Assembly: GCA_963668355.1 (NCBI GenBank)
Contig: OY764265.1
Coordinates: 2,496,001-2,560,000, forward strand
Length of the DNA stretch: 64,000 bases
Direction of reading: 5' to 3'
DNA from: Bdellovibrionota bacterium
GTDB lineage: Bacteria > Bdellovibrionota_G > JALEGL01 > DATDPG01
Part shown: piece after piece, positions 46,584-57,800 of the stretch
How positions within the stretch are numbered: the stretch's first letter is position 1
Layout: each line of letters opens with the position of its first letter
Program-made: the position numbers and the translations under genes
Notes under the pieces: model-generated
Database searches by the model: none
What the model was told of the DNA's origin: nothing
What the model saw: the letters and a program-made list of their open reading frames with translations, nothing else

Positions 46584-49244
46584 ATGGCGAAAAGAATATA
46601 TTCATTTGGTGGCGGCACAGCCGATGGTGACAAAAGTTTAAAACATTTATTGGGTGGAAAAGGAGCCAATCTGGCGGAAATGAGCCGCATTGGCGTTCCG
46701 GTTCCTCCGGGATTCACGATTACGACGGAAGTTTGCACGGAGTTTTATGAAAAAGGTCGTGCACTTCCCTCCGAATTGATGGGCGATGTTGAAAAAGCCT
46801 TGAGTCGTTTGGAAGAGGTCGTGGAGCGAAAACTTGGAGATTCAGCTGATCCTTTGCTCTTATCTGTTCGTTCCGGCGCACCCGTAAGTATGCCTGGCAT
46901 GATGGACACGATTCTGAATCTGGGTTTGAACAGCGACACCGTAAAAGGTTTGGCGGAAAAATCCGGAAATGAATTCTTCGTTTGGGATAGCTACCGACGT
47001 CTTATCCAGATGTTCAGTGATGTTGTCTTGGAAGTGTCCCATTCCAAATTTGAGAAGGCCTTGGAAGAAATCAAAAAATCCGAAGGCGTTAAGTTGGACC
47101 AGGAAATTTCTGTGGAAGGCCTGAAAAAACTGGTGACGGAATATCGATCCATCGTCAAGGATGCAACCGGGAAAGATTTTCCTGAAGATCCTCGTCAGCA
47201 ATTGAAATTAGCCATCGAAGCCGTTTTTCGATCTTGGGGCAATCCAAGGGCGAACGCCTATCGAAAAATTAACAACATCGACATTGCTCTGGGAACCGCG
47301 GTCAACATCCAAGCCATGGTTTTTGGAAATCGAGGCGATACTTCAGCCACGGGTGTTTTATTTTCTCGCGATCCTTCGACGGGGAAAAAGGGAATCTTGG
47401 GGGAATATTTAGTTAATGCACAAGGTGAGGATGTTGTGGCTGGAATTCGAACTCCTGGCCCCATCAATGAATTGAGTACCAGTGCAAAATCCGAAGGCGT
47501 TTCTTTGGAAAAATGGAGACCCAATCTCTATAAGGAACTCTCTGACCTTGTTGTAAAGTTGGAAAAACATTATCGAGACATGCAAGACATCGAATTCACG
47601 ATTGAAGACGAGCGATTGTGGCTCTTACAAACGCGTGCCGGAAAACGTACGGCACCGGCGGCGATCAAGATTGCCGTGGATTTAGTTGAAGAAAAAATCG
47701 CGGATAAGAATGAGGTGCTTAAGCATTTGAAACCAGGCGATTTGGACCAATTGCTCCATCCCGTTTTCGATCCCAAGGCCGAAAGGAATGTTGTGGCCCA
47801 GGGTTTGCCTGCGTCTCCAGGCGCGGTTTTCGGGAAAATTGTTTTTACAGCGGACGAAGCGGAACGTATGGCCAAAGAAGGAGAAAAAGTTCTTTTGGTA
47901 CGCCAAGAAACATCTCCAGAAGATGTTCATGGAATGCATGCAGCCCAAGGTGTCTTGACAAGTCGCGGTGGAATGACTTCCCATGCCGCCGTGGTGGCCC
48001 GAGGCATGGGAAAATGTTGTGTGGTCGGATGCTCGGGGATTGAAGTGGATTCCGAAAAGGGGATCATGAAAACCTCTGAAGGCAAAACCTTTTCCAAAGA
48101 AGACATCATCAGCTTGGATGGGTCTACGGGAGAAGTCTTGGAGGGCCAGGTCGCTACCGTGGATCCGGAAATTGGAGATGACTTTGGTCGCTTCATGACA
48201 TGGGCCGATGAGGCTCGAAAATTGAAGGTACGAGCGAATGCAGATACGCCACACGACTGTGAAGTTGCAAGAAACTTCGGAGCGGAAGGCGTGGGGCTTT
48301 GCCGAACCGAACATATGTTCTTCGATCCAGAGCGAATCGATATCGTTCGACAAATGATCTTGGCTGAAAACGCGGAGGAAAGAAAACCGCATCTGGAGAA
48401 AATTCTAAAGATGCAGAAAGAGGACTTTGTCGGAATTTTAACGGCGATGCATGGATTGCCTGTGAACATTCGTTTGCTGGATCCTCCTCTTCATGAGTTT
48501 TTGCCTCATGGCGAAGAGGAATTGGAACAATTGAGTCGAAGAATTTCGGTCCCAGCCGAAAAACTCGAAAAACGAGTGGAATCGTTGAAAGAGTTTAACC
48601 CCATGTTGGGAATGCGCGGATGTCGTTTGGGAATTACGTTCCCAGAGATTTATGAAATGCAGGCGCATGCCATCATGCAGGCCGCCTGTGAGGTGTCAGA
48701 GAAAAGGAATGAGGAAGTGTTTCCTGAAATTATGGTTCCGTTGGTTTCTCATCCTGCGGAATTTAATTTTGTGCGGAAAAGAATTTCTGAAATTGCCGAA
48801 TCGACTCTCAAAGAACATCCCAATGCCAACGTGAATTATATGATTGGGACGATGATTGAACTTCCACGTGCAGCCCTGGTCGCTGGCGAGATTGCCAAAG
48901 AAGCTCAATTCTTCTCTTTTGGAACGAATGACCTCACCCAGACGACATTTGGATTAAGCCGTGACGATTCGGCTCGATTCTTGCCCGACTATGTTGAACA
49001 AGGAATTCTGCCCAAAGATCCTTTTGCGTCCTTGGACGAAGGTGGCGTTTTGGAACTGGTGCAGTTGGGAACCGAAAGGGGACGAAAAACCAATGCCAAC
49101 TTGAAGGTAGGCGTTTGTGGTGAACATGGTGGAGATCCAGATTCCATCCGACATTTTCATGAAGCCGGATTGAACTATGTGAGTTGTTCTCCCTTCCGCG
49201 TTCCAATCGCCCGCTTGTCTGCGGCTCAAATGGCAATCGAATGA
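46584..49244 (+). CDS. ppdK: Pyruvate, phosphate dikinase
   Basis: GGKGANL, SVRSGA, GGMTSHAAVVARG, GLCRTEHM and CGEHGG motifs. Confidence 0.98.
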   Translation: MAKRIYSFGGGTADGDKSLKHLLGGKGANLAEMSRIGVPVPPGFTITTEVCTEFYEKGRALPSELMGDVEKALSRLEEVVERKLGDSADPLLLSVRSGAPVSMPGMMDTILNLGLNSDTVKGLAEKSGNEFFVWDSYRRLIQMFSDVVLEVSHSKFEKALEEIKKSEGVKLDQEISVEGLKKLVTEYRSIVKDATGKDFPEDPRQQLKLAIEAVFRSWGNPRANAYRKINNIDIALGTAVNIQAMVFGNRGDTSATGVLFSRDPSTGKKGILGEYLVNAQGEDVVAGIRTPGPINELSTSAKSEGVSLEKWRPNLYKELSDLVVKLEKHYRDMQDIEFTIEDERLWLLQTRAGKRTAPAAIKIAVDLVEEKIADKNEVLKHLKPGDLDQLLHPVFDPKAERNVVAQGLPASPGAVFGKIVFTADEAERMAKEGEKVLLVRQETSPEDVHGMHAAQGVLTSRGGMTSHAAVVARGMGKCCVVGCSGIEVDSEKGIMKTSEGKTFSKEDIISLDGSTGEVLEGQVATVDPEIGDDFGRFMTWADEARKLKVRANADTPHDCEVARNFGAEGVGLCRTEHMFFDPERIDIVRQMILAENAEERKPHLEKILKMQKEDFVGILTAMHGLPVNIRLLDPPLHEFLPHGEEELEQLSRRISVPAEKLEKRVESLKEFNPMLGMRGCRLGITFPEIYEMQAHAIMQAACEVSEKRNEEVFPEIMVPLVSHPAEFNFVRKRISEIAESTLKEHPNANVNYMIGTMIELPRAALVAGEIAKEAQFFSFGTNDLTQTTFGLSRDDSARFLPDYVEQGILPKDPFASLDEGGVLELVQLGTERGRKTNANLKVGVCGEHGGDPDSIRHFHEAGLNYVSCSPFRVPIARLSAAQMAIE

Positions 49245-50428
49245 TGAAACATTTCAGCACATTCATTCTTTTGTGTGTGTGGCTCGTGGGTTGCTCAGAA
49301 GCTCCCCTGATTACGGGGGAGCTGGAGGAAGAACTAAATAATCCAACCGCCATGGAGTTCATCGAAGGAACCAATTTGGCTTTGGTGATCAATGCGAATG
49401 TAAATTTGGCCCAACCGAACGGTTCTTTGGTGGCTGTAGATTTGGACGCTCAGACGGTTCTTTATGACACGATGCTTTCGATTCCGAGCTTTGCCGGTAG
49501 GATGTGGGTGGATGAGTCTTCTACGAGGCTATATGTCACATCTCGCGGAGACGACGCTGTGTTGGTTTATGACTACACGATTCCGGGGGAAAATGGGGCA
49601 GCCATCTCATTTTCCGAAGTGTCTGTTCCGGATCCGCATGATGGAATTGTCAATGGCGTGGAGGCGGATGAAGATCCTTTCGGGATTTATTTGGCTGACA
49701 ACACCACAGAAGGAAAGTCTTTATATGTGAGTAATAATCTCGCAGGATCCATATCCCTGATTCCGGTAAATGATTTGCTTCCGTTGAACTTGGATCTAGA
49801 ACACGACGAGTATCACGGATTTCCTTTGATTTCGTCCATCAATTTTCGATCCGAAGATTCAAGACCGGGGCGTGGTGCTGCCGATTTTATTCCTTCTGCC
49901 GACGGTCGACTTCTCTTTGTGATGTCTACCGTGACGAATGATATTTATGTCATTGATACGTACGATCACGCTGTAGAGGGCATGTTGGATTTGTCCACGG
50001 TCGCTTATTCGGGCGGAATAAGAGATATGGCAATTGACTCAAATGGATTCGCGTATTTGAGCCATCGTGGTGTGGATGGTGTTGTGGTTTTGGATGTGAG
50101 TGGGGTTCAAGACAATGGAATTGACTACGACATTTTGGAAACCGTTTGGGTGGATACGATTCCCACTCAAAAGACTCCTGAGTCGGTTCTACTTTCGAGC
50201 GATGAAACCAAACTCTATGTAAGCAGTTTAACGGAGAATACGGTTTCCGTGATTGACACTGCTTCCAGAGGGGTTCTGGATGTCATTGAAGTTTCGGGTG
50301 AGTCTCCGGGATTTTTGGTGGCAGATCCCGATCCCGGACGAAACGTAATTTATTGTTTAAATTTCTTGTCCAAAAACATATCTGTGATTTCGGAAGCAAC
50401 TTCACAAGAAGTGGGTACGATTGAATGA
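49241..50428 (+). CDS. YVTN/YncE-type beta-propeller lipoprotein
   Basis: LVGC lipobox; LYVTS, LYVSN and LYVSS...VSVID repeats; ATGA overlap with ppdK. Confidence 0.8.
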   Translation: MMKHFSTFILLCVWLVGCSEAPLITGELEEELNNPTAMEFIEGTNLALVINANVNLAQPNGSLVAVDLDAQTVLYDTMLSIPSFAGRMWVDESSTRLYVTSRGDDAVLVYDYTIPGENGAAISFSEVSVPDPHDGIVNGVEADEDPFGIYLADNTTEGKSLYVSNNLAGSISLIPVNDLLPLNLDLEHDEYHGFPLISSINFRSEDSRPGRGAADFIPSADGRLLFVMSTVTNDIYVIDTYDHAVEGMLDLSTVAYSGGIRDMAIDSNGFAYLSHRGVDGVVVLDVSGVQDNGIDYDILETVWVDTIPTQKTPESVLLSSDETKLYVSSLTENTVSVIDTASRGVLDVIEVSGESPGFLVADPDPGRNVIYCLNFLSKNISVISEATSQEVGTIE

Positions 50429-52338
50429 ACAAGATTTTTTTCGCTTTCATGATCATTTTTCTTGTGGCTTGTAGCAGTGGTGGTGGAAGTCAGTTCGACG
50501 TCCTCTACAAACCTTCCGACATTGTGTCTTCTTCAACAAATGTTGAATATAACGGTCGAAGTACTCGACTTGTCTATGTAGCCAATCGCTTGGGTGGGAC
50601 GGTGTCCGTTCTGGCACAGGATGAAGAAAAAATAATTGACACAGATCGAGATGATGACTTTGACGACTCGCCGTTGATCATTGGTGGAGAACCGACTTCT
50701 TTGGTTGTTCAGGAACGAGGGACACCTCGAGTTTTTGTGGCCGATGCATTTCATCGAAGGATCGTTGCTTATGAACTTGCGGAGACCTCGCGCGAGGACG
50801 AGGTGGCGTTTGTGCCCCTTGATCTCAGTGAGGACGATGTTGCCGTAGTGAGTGAACCCTTATTTAGAAACTCTGGACGCCTTTCGAATCCAACTCTTGT
50901 GAGTCTTTCGGTCACTTCTGATGTCAAAACAGAGCATTGGGATTTGCTTTTTGAAGGGGATGATACGGGATATCGGGTGGAAGGTTCTAAGTCAGGGATT
51001 CAAACCCAAAAAGCACAAGAGGGTGAAGTCTTCTCAACGGATGATGGTGCCGTAACATTCACAGTGAAAGCTGGAGGAGAGCGAACGACCGGGGATGATC
51101 GATTTCGTTTCGGAACGGCAGTCCTGAAACCTTTGGCTCTTACAGGAAAACCTGTTGATCTTATTCAGGACGAAAATCGACTTTTCATTCTCATGAATGA
51201 TCCTCCGTCCATTGCTTCGTTTGATTTGGAGACGCTTTCCTTAGAAAGCACGGTCAATCTCGTCGATACCAGCGTTTTGATGGGAGAGGCTGCTCTTGTG
51301 GATGGGCGAATATATGTTCCGAATTTGGCTGACACGACGGTGCTGGGGATTTCTAAAGAAAATTTCAATGACGTGACCGAAATCGAGGTCGAAGAAACGT
51401 GTCGGGTGGTTCGTTCAGACTCTTCCGGGACACGCCTGTTCTTGATGTCCGTGGATCAAAGAAAGATGTTGAGATGGAATCTCTCAACGGAATCTTTGGA
51501 AGAAGGAACTCCGCTGACCGATTACGGATATGATTTTATTCCGTATGTATTCAATGATGATTCCTTTGCATTGATCCCCCTGGCTTCAGGAGCGGTGGAT
51601 GTGTTTGATCTCCAAAACCAAATTCGGTGGGACGCTCGAATCACAGACGACACGGTTCAATCGGATACGACCGATTCTCAATTTTTTGATTCTGGAATGG
51701 ACTCTTCACCGGAACTGGTTTCTGTGAATACGAGAGATCGAATTACGCTGTCAGAGCAATGGCAATTGGTGTTCGAAGGTGTTGTCCCCGGAACAGCCGG
51801 ATTAACGGGTGAATTGGCGGGGCAGCAGCTTTCGGTTGCGGAGGGGACTGACTTAGAGGCTTTGGGCATCCAAATTGGAGACCGCATTATTTTTGAAAGC
51901 GATTCCGAAGAAGCCCTTGTGGAGGAGGTGGACTCTCCGACGACGTTAATCTTAGATATCTCTCCTCAAAATCAAGGGGACGTCACGTTTTCCATTCGTC
52001 CTTCCGGGCAGTACATTGTCCTGGGATCTTTGTCCGGACCTCAAATCGGTAGAGTGGAAGAGGGCGTGAGTTACACGAGTGACGAAAACGAAATTTCATT
52101 AACGATTCGAGGGAGTCGATCGGCCCCAACAACACAGGGAGATTTCTTTTCTTTTTATACCTTGGATGGGATCGACCCCATTCGTGTTTCAGGAAAAAGG
52201 GGGGCCATGCGAGGAACGGCCTTCATTCGTCCGGGAGAAACCTTCCCAACGGCTTATTTGCTTCATCAGGCCTCGAATGCGGTAACCGCCTTTCATTTAA
52301 ATCCATATGACCTCTACGAACGGCGAACCATTCGATGA
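50425..52338 (+). CDS. Lipoprotein with a YVTN-like propeller and an internal duplicated domain
   Basis: LVAC lipobox; VYVAN; repeated E.W.L.FEG...G..SG.Q...EG...T.D...T.GD.F.F unit. Confidence 0.7.
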   Translation: MNKIFFAFMIIFLVACSSGGGSQFDVLYKPSDIVSSSTNVEYNGRSTRLVYVANRLGGTVSVLAQDEEKIIDTDRDDDFDDSPLIIGGEPTSLVVQERGTPRVFVADAFHRRIVAYELAETSREDEVAFVPLDLSEDDVAVVSEPLFRNSGRLSNPTLVSLSVTSDVKTEHWDLLFEGDDTGYRVEGSKSGIQTQKAQEGEVFSTDDGAVTFTVKAGGERTTGDDRFRFGTAVLKPLALTGKPVDLIQDENRLFILMNDPPSIASFDLETLSLESTVNLVDTSVLMGEAALVDGRIYVPNLADTTVLGISKENFNDVTEIEVEETCRVVRSDSSGTRLFLMSVDQRKMLRWNLSTESLEEGTPLTDYGYDFIPYVFNDDSFALIPLASGAVDVFDLQNQIRWDARITDDTVQSDTTDSQFFDSGMDSSPELVSVNTRDRITLSEQWQLVFEGVVPGTAGLTGELAGQQLSVAEGTDLEALGIQIGDRIIFESDSEEALVEEVDSPTTLILDISPQNQGDVTFSIRPSGQYIVLGSLSGPQIGRVEEGVSYTSDENEISLTIRGSRSAPTTQGDFFSFYTLDGIDPIRVSGKRGAMRGTAFIRPGETFPTAYLLHQASNAVTAFHLNPYDLYERRTIR

Positions 52339-52496
52339 TGTATGGCAATATATTGCCAATACAATACATTTATTTTGCTTTTTTTTAGGTTCTAGCTTTG
52401 ATACAGGGAAAGGGAGCATTGTCAGAGGAATGACCCGGAGAGTTGTATTCGAAGGGGGATGTCATTACAAAAGGCAGTGGGAGTGCGGAAGGTTCA

Positions 52497-55400
52497 ATGC
52501 AGTTAAAAAAACTAGAAGTTGTTGGTTTCAAATCGTTTTTAGAGAAAAGTGCTTTTGACTTTACCTCCAAAGTCACGGGAGTTGTGGGTCCGAACGGTTG
52601 CGGAAAAAGCAATATCGTGGATGCCATCAAGTGGGTGACCGGGGAGTTGAGTTTTAAGGAGCTTAGAGGTCGTTCCACACAGGACCTCATTTTTTCCGGG
52701 AGTGAACTTCGACCTCCGACGAGCATGGCGGAAGTTTCTCTTACTCTGGACAATAGCCAGGGACGCGCGCCAGCTGAGTATAAAGATTACAGTGAAATCA
52801 ATGTCCTTCGGCGCGTTTTTCGAGATGGGAGCTCCGAATATTTCATCAATAAAACGCCCTGCCGATTGAGAGATATTGTCGACATTTTCCTGGATACCGG
52901 TGTCGGACAAAGTTCGTACTCCATCATTGAACAAGGCCGCGTAGGTATGATTGTGGCCAGCAAATCCGACGACCGAAGAGCCATCATTGAAGAAGCTGCG
53001 GGGATCACCAAATACAAGCACCGCAAAAAAGCCGCTCAGAGAAAGATGGACTATACGCGGCAAAACCTCCTGCGTGTGAATGACGTCTTGGGAGAATTGA
53101 AAAGACAAATCAATTCTTTGGAGCGTCAGGCTAAAAAAGCCGAGCGTTACCGAAAATTTCAGGATGAAGCAAAAGACTTGGATGTGGCACTTTCCTCTCG
53201 GGGCTATGTCGCTCTTCAAGCTTCTTTGAAGGATAAACGGGACGAAGAGGCTCGTTTAGATGAACAACATGAATCGGAAAAAACCGAACTTTTGGTTAAA
53301 GAGGCTCAAGTAGAGGAAGGACGATTGGCGTCGACCGAGGATGAAAAGAACCTACAGGATGCCCAGCAAAAACTTTATGAGCAGGGCCAAGAAATTGCCA
53401 CGTTGGAAGCTCAAATTGAAGGGTTGCGTCGAGAGGGAGATCAACTCCGGAACTCCGCCAGATCTGAAGAATCCCGCGCAGAAGCGGCGGACAGGAAGCT
53501 TGAAGAAATCGAGAAGTTAATTGAAGAAGCAAGTTCTAAGTTATTGAATTTAGAGGAAACAAATATATCGGTTCATGGAGAGGTTGAAGCTTTAAAAGCT
53601 GAGGTGGAAGGGCTCGAACAGGGGTTAAAAACCCTGGAAGCTGAAATCGACGATCAGAAGCAGGTCCTCATGGATTCCGTAGCGGAAGAAGCGGAAGTGA
53701 AGAATCAGCTCCTTACCAACGGAGAGAGAATTGAGGAAATTCGACGTCAACTGGAGAGCCGGACGCGGGAATATGAGGAGTCCGCTCAAGAAGTGGCAGT
53801 GTTGAAGGAAAAATATACGGTTCGGCAACGCGAACTCGGGGTTACGGTTCAATTGAGACTGGGGTTTGAGCGCGAACGAGGAGAGACAAAAGAGCGACTC
53901 GAACATCTGCAGGAAGAAAAGATTCGAATTGAAAAGGATCTTGGGGAGAGGCACCAAGAGATCGAACGCATTGGTTCTCGTTTGAAGACCTTGGAAGAGT
54001 TCGAACGAACCTATCAAGGTTATCAGCAGGGCGTACGATCCATCATGGAGCGGCGGGAAGAGTTTTCCGATGATGCTCAGCTGGTTGTTGGGTTGTTGGG
54101 GCAACAATTACAGCCTGAGCGTGGCTACGAGAAAGCTGTGGAAGCGGCCTTGGCCGACCGCATTCAATGTTTGGTGGTCAATGAGCCCGAAAGCGCCATC
54201 AAGGCGGTACATTTTCTGAAGAAAACCGATGGGGGTCGAGGAACCTTCATGCCTCGGGAACTGGCGAGCCATTTCGAAAGAAAAGTCCCGGAAAATATAG
54301 AAGGAACCCAGGGACGCCTATTGGACTTTGTTCGTGTGACCAATGGATGCAATCAGAGCGTTGAAGCATTGCTTCGAAGCGTTTTTGTTGTTGAGAGCTT
54401 GGAAAAGGCCTTTGATGTATGGAAGGAACACTCCGAGATTACGCTTGTCACTCCGGAAGGTGATCTCCTAACCCGAGACGGAATGGTGATCGGGGGCACG
54501 TGGAAAGACGAAAAAGGCGTTCTTCAGATCCACCGAGAAATTGAAGACTTATCGGAACAGCTCAAGTATTCCCGTGGACAACGGGAGCTTCTGGAACGAA
54601 ATCAAAAACGCCTTGCCCATGAAATTGCCACGACTTCTGCGGGATTGCAGGAGGTGGAAACCGCTTTGTCTCGAGAACAAGACAACGTTGTTCATCACGA
54701 GAAAGACTATGAACGGCTAGAGGACGCCATTGAGCGGTCTGAGCAAAGTCTGAAGGTGATCGAAGAAGAACAAAATCGTCTGCGAGAAGAGCGAAGACAG
54801 CTTGAAGAGAGCATGGCTCGCTTGGAAGCCCGGAAGACGGAAGTGGAGTCCAAAAGGACGAGTTTGGAAGCGTGTGTTCGAGAGAGAGCCGGGCATCTAA
54901 ATGCGGAAAAAGAGAAAGTTTCGGCCAAGCATGAAAATTTAACCGTTAAAAAGGTTGAACAGGCTTCGATCGTGGAACGGATAGAATCTCATCAACGGGA
55001 ACGCTTGAGTTTGCAGGCCCAACAAACCAGCACCCGAGAAGAACAGCGGGAGCTAAAAGAAGCCGCTTCTCGGCACTTGGAAGAAGCTGAGGTCAAAATT
55101 CGTCAGATCACATCCTTGGATGAGACGCGAACAGAGGCCATTGCTCTCCATCAAACCCAACAAGAACAGGTAAGTCAGTTGCGAATTGAGCATGACTCCA
55201 AGATGGCTGCTTTGAGAGAGCAAGAAGATGCATTGAAAGAAATCCGAGTTTCGGTCGATGCAGTGGCCAAAACCTTGAATGATTGTAGACTTACCATTCA
55301 AGAAGAGGTGATGAAGATTTCTCATCTGGATGAACAGCTCAAGGAGAGATACGGGATTTCTCTCAGTGAATTGGTTGAGAACGAAGGCTTTGAAGTCCTG

Positions 55401-56108
55401 TCGGATGAGGAAGTCTCTGAAACCAAAGAGCGCTTGATTGATCTTCGAGCAAAGATGGAAAAGATTGGAAACGTCAATTTGGCAGCTATTGAGGAGCTTC
55501 AAGACCTCAAGGAACGCTTTGAATTTTTGTCCATTCAAAAAGACGATCTGGAATCAAGTTTGAACTCATTGTCCACGGCCATTCGGAAAATCAATGCCAC
55601 CACCCGTTCCAGATTTCAGGACACCTTTGAAGAGATTAATACACGCTTCCAAGATATTTTCCCGAGGCTGTTCAGAGGTGGTAAGGCCAAATTGACCCTG
55701 ACGGATCCTGAAAATCTTCTGGAGACCGGCGTGGATATTCTGGCTCAACCTCCCGGAAAACGACTCCAGAACATCAATCTTCTTTCGGGTGGAGAAAAGG
55801 CCTTGACGGCGATTTCCCTGCTGTTTGCCATCTTCCAATATAAGTCGCCTCCGTTCTGTCTGCTGGATGAAGTGGATGCTCCATTGGATGATGCCAACGT
55901 CAGGCGATTTGTAAACTTGGTCAAAGAAATGTCCGATACCACGCAGTTCATTCTCATCACGCATAATAAATTGAGTATGGAAATTGCGGAGTCCCTATAC
56001 GGAATTACCATGGAAGAGCCAGGGGTTTCCCGAATCGTTTCCGTTCAAATGAATGAGGCCATGGAAAAAGTTCAAAAAAACTCGGAAATGGCCCAATCGG
56101 TGGCATAA
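52497..56108 (+). CDS. smc: Chromosome segregation protein SMC
   Basis: GPNGCGKSN, hinge GRGTF, LSGGEK and LDEVDAPLD motifs; start ATG 52497. Confidence 0.98.
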   Translation: MQLKKLEVVGFKSFLEKSAFDFTSKVTGVVGPNGCGKSNIVDAIKWVTGELSFKELRGRSTQDLIFSGSELRPPTSMAEVSLTLDNSQGRAPAEYKDYSEINVLRRVFRDGSSEYFINKTPCRLRDIVDIFLDTGVGQSSYSIIEQGRVGMIVASKSDDRRAIIEEAAGITKYKHRKKAAQRKMDYTRQNLLRVNDVLGELKRQINSLERQAKKAERYRKFQDEAKDLDVALSSRGYVALQASLKDKRDEEARLDEQHESEKTELLVKEAQVEEGRLASTEDEKNLQDAQQKLYEQGQEIATLEAQIEGLRREGDQLRNSARSEESRAEAADRKLEEIEKLIEEASSKLLNLEETNISVHGEVEALKAEVEGLEQGLKTLEAEIDDQKQVLMDSVAEEAEVKNQLLTNGERIEEIRRQLESRTREYEESAQEVAVLKEKYTVRQRELGVTVQLRLGFERERGETKERLEHLQEEKIRIEKDLGERHQEIERIGSRLKTLEEFERTYQGYQQGVRSIMERREEFSDDAQLVVGLLGQQLQPERGYEKAVEAALADRIQCLVVNEPESAIKAVHFLKKTDGGRGTFMPRELASHFERKVPENIEGTQGRLLDFVRVTNGCNQSVEALLRSVFVVESLEKAFDVWKEHSEITLVTPEGDLLTRDGMVIGGTWKDEKGVLQIHREIEDLSEQLKYSRGQRELLERNQKRLAHEIATTSAGLQEVETALSREQDNVVHHEKDYERLEDAIERSEQSLKVIEEEQNRLREERRQLEESMARLEARKTEVESKRTSLEACVRERAGHLNAEKEKVSAKHENLTVKKVEQASIVERIESHQRERLSLQAQQTSTREEQRELKEAASRHLEEAEVKIRQITSLDETRTEAIALHQTQQEQVSQLRIEHDSKMAALREQEDALKEIRVSVDAVAKTLNDCRLTIQEEVMKISHLDEQLKERYGISLSELVENEGFEVLSDEEVSETKERLIDLRAKMEKIGNVNLAAIEELQDLKERFEFLSIQKDDLESSLNSLSTAIRKINATTRSRFQDTFEEINTRFQDIFPRLFRGGKAKLTLTDPENLLETGVDILAQPPGKRLQNINLLSGGEKALTAISLLFAIFQYKSPPFCLLDEVDAPLDDANVRRFVNLVKEMSDTTQFILITHNKLSMEIAESLYGITMEEPGVSRIVSVQMNEAMEKVQKNSEMAQSVA

Positions 56109-56231
56109 ATTTGGGTTTGCAACGTCACTTCTAGGTAGGAGAAATCGGCAAGTTGTGAGAATCTGTACCGGTTAAGGCCTTAAAGAGATTGAGATGTGTT
56201 GAGACAGAAGGGCCAATGAAAGGAAAGAACG

Positions 56232-56747
56232 ATGGATGTTTTGAAAGAAAAAATTCGCACCATTCCTGATTTTCCCAAACCAGGGATCCTATTTTATGAC
56301 ATTACAACCGTATTGCAGGATCCTGTGAGTTTTGGTGCTGTGCTGGAGGCTCTTGCGGAACCTTTTCAAAGAAAAAAAATTGAGCTCGTTGCATCCATCG
56401 AATCGAGAGGCTTTATTTTTGGCGCTGCTTTAGCGAACGATTTGGGCGCCGGGTTCGTTCCCGTTCGAAAACCCGGAAAGCTTCCCTATGAAACCCTCAA
56501 ACAAGAGTATGCCTTGGAATACGGCACCGACACCTTGGAAGTTCACAAAGATGCTGTTTCGCCCGGACAAAAAGTGCTGATTGTGGATGATTTATTAGCG
56601 ACCGGAGGAACCGCCTTTGCTGCGCTTCAGTTGCTTCGACAAATGGGGGCCGACGTTGTTGGCGCCACGTTTGTGATGGAATTAAAAGCTTTGAACGGCC
56701 GAAAACGTCTTGAGGGAACCGACGTAAAGTCTCTCTGGACGGTTTAA
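56232..56747 (+). CDS. apt: Adenine phosphoribosyltransferase
   Basis: [24 protein letters not shown] and [10 protein letters not shown] motifs. Confidence 0.97.
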   Translation: MDVLKEKIRTIPDFPKPGILFYDITTVLQDPVSFGAVLEALAEPFQRKKIELVASIESRGFIFGAALANDLGAGFVPVRKPGKLPYETLKQEYALEYGTDTLEVHKDAVSPGQKVLIVDDLLATGGTAFAALQLLRQMGADVVGATFVMELKALNGRKRLEGTDVKSLWTV

Positions 56748-56767
56748 TCCCCGAATACTAAAGGGGG

Positions 56768-56842
56768 TGGTACCCCCGAGAGGAATCGAACCTCTATCTA
56801 GGGATTAGGAATCCCTCGTTCTATCCGTTGAACTACAGGGGT
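56768..56842 (-). tRNA. tRNA-Arg(CCT)
   Basis: ACCCCTG...CGGGGGTACCA; anticodon loop TTCCTAA. Confidence 0.95.
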
Positions 56843-56941
56843 ACGTGTATTCGTCACGGCGGTTTACTTCATATTGAGAAGGTTGTGAACCTTTTGCTTT
56901 GAGGCTTGGGGAACGGGAAGGACATCGGCTATAGTAAGCGC

Positions 56942-57565
56942 ATGAAAAACTCCTTTATCCTGGCTTTGTCGGTTTTCTTTTTTGCAACTTCTGTGGGGGC
57001 ATCTAGTTCCACGTACGATGCAGACCTGAAAGATGCTCCTCAATATTATCGAGAACGAGTTCAGAAATTTCGAAACATTTTAAGAAAAGAAAAGAGCAAG
57101 AACGCTAAAATAGATCGGGCCTTGGCTATGGCCAGGTCCCTCAAAAGCCCTTTTCGAAAAGATGCGTTAAATTTTCTTGCTGACCTAAGAGTGGAGCGAG
57201 CCGTTCCGCTTTTAACTCGATTGACCTCAGATCCAGAAGTTCAGGAGTTTGCTCTTTATGCCCTTGGACAAATTGGAACTGAAAAGAGCGTCGAAGTCCT
57301 GATTCAAAATTTGAAAAGCCCCAACGAAAAAATGCGAGGCATTTCGGAGAACTCTCTACGGAAAATCTCTGGAGTGAATTTTTCATATCGATATGGGGAT
57401 TCCCCCCGGAGGAGAAAAGAGGGCATTCAAGAAATTGAGCTATGGTGGAAAAAGGAAAAGAAGAAGGGGTTTCAACCCCGAAAACTGACTTCCCAAGAAG
57501 CCGAAGAGGCCAAATCCGCTTGGGAACAATATGGCGTTGAATATCTTCACGATCTAAGCCGATAA
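56942..57565 (+). CDS. Exported HEAT-repeat protein
   Basis: Signal peptide; AVPLL...ALYALGQIG...VEVLIQNL HEAT pattern. Confidence 0.8.
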   Translation: MKNSFILALSVFFFATSVGASSSTYDADLKDAPQYYRERVQKFRNILRKEKSKNAKIDRALAMARSLKSPFRKDALNFLADLRVERAVPLLTRLTSDPEVQEFALYALGQIGTEKSVEVLIQNLKSPNEKMRGISENSLRKISGVNFSYRYGDSPRRRKEGIQEIELWWKKEKKKGFQPRKLTSQEAEEAKSAWEQYGVEYLHDLSR

Positions 57566-57755
57566 GTCTCTGCTTCCCGAGAACAAACCCCAGCGAAGTG
57601 GTTGACAATATTGATGCAACGCGCTATTTGACGTTGTGGAAACACTCGACATGAAGGTCTCATACGTGGCTTACATGTCCCAACGGGAAAGGGGTTTTGA
57701 AGCCTCAGACCCAAAAAATATGAAGTGTTTTCAGTAGTTTACGTGTTTGCATGTC

Positions 57756-57771
57756 TGGCATATGTCTTGCG
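57756..57771 (+). promoter_or_regulatory. Sigma-54 promoter
   Basis: TGGCATATGTCTTGCG, GG-N10-GC. Confidence 0.65.
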
Positions 57772-57800
57772 AAACAGTGCAAATGCAAGGTAGGTGAATC

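Noticed and set aside
56768..56842. Island integrated at tRNA-Arg
   Set aside because: Its 3' end abuts apt directly, with no integrase or duplicated end seen.
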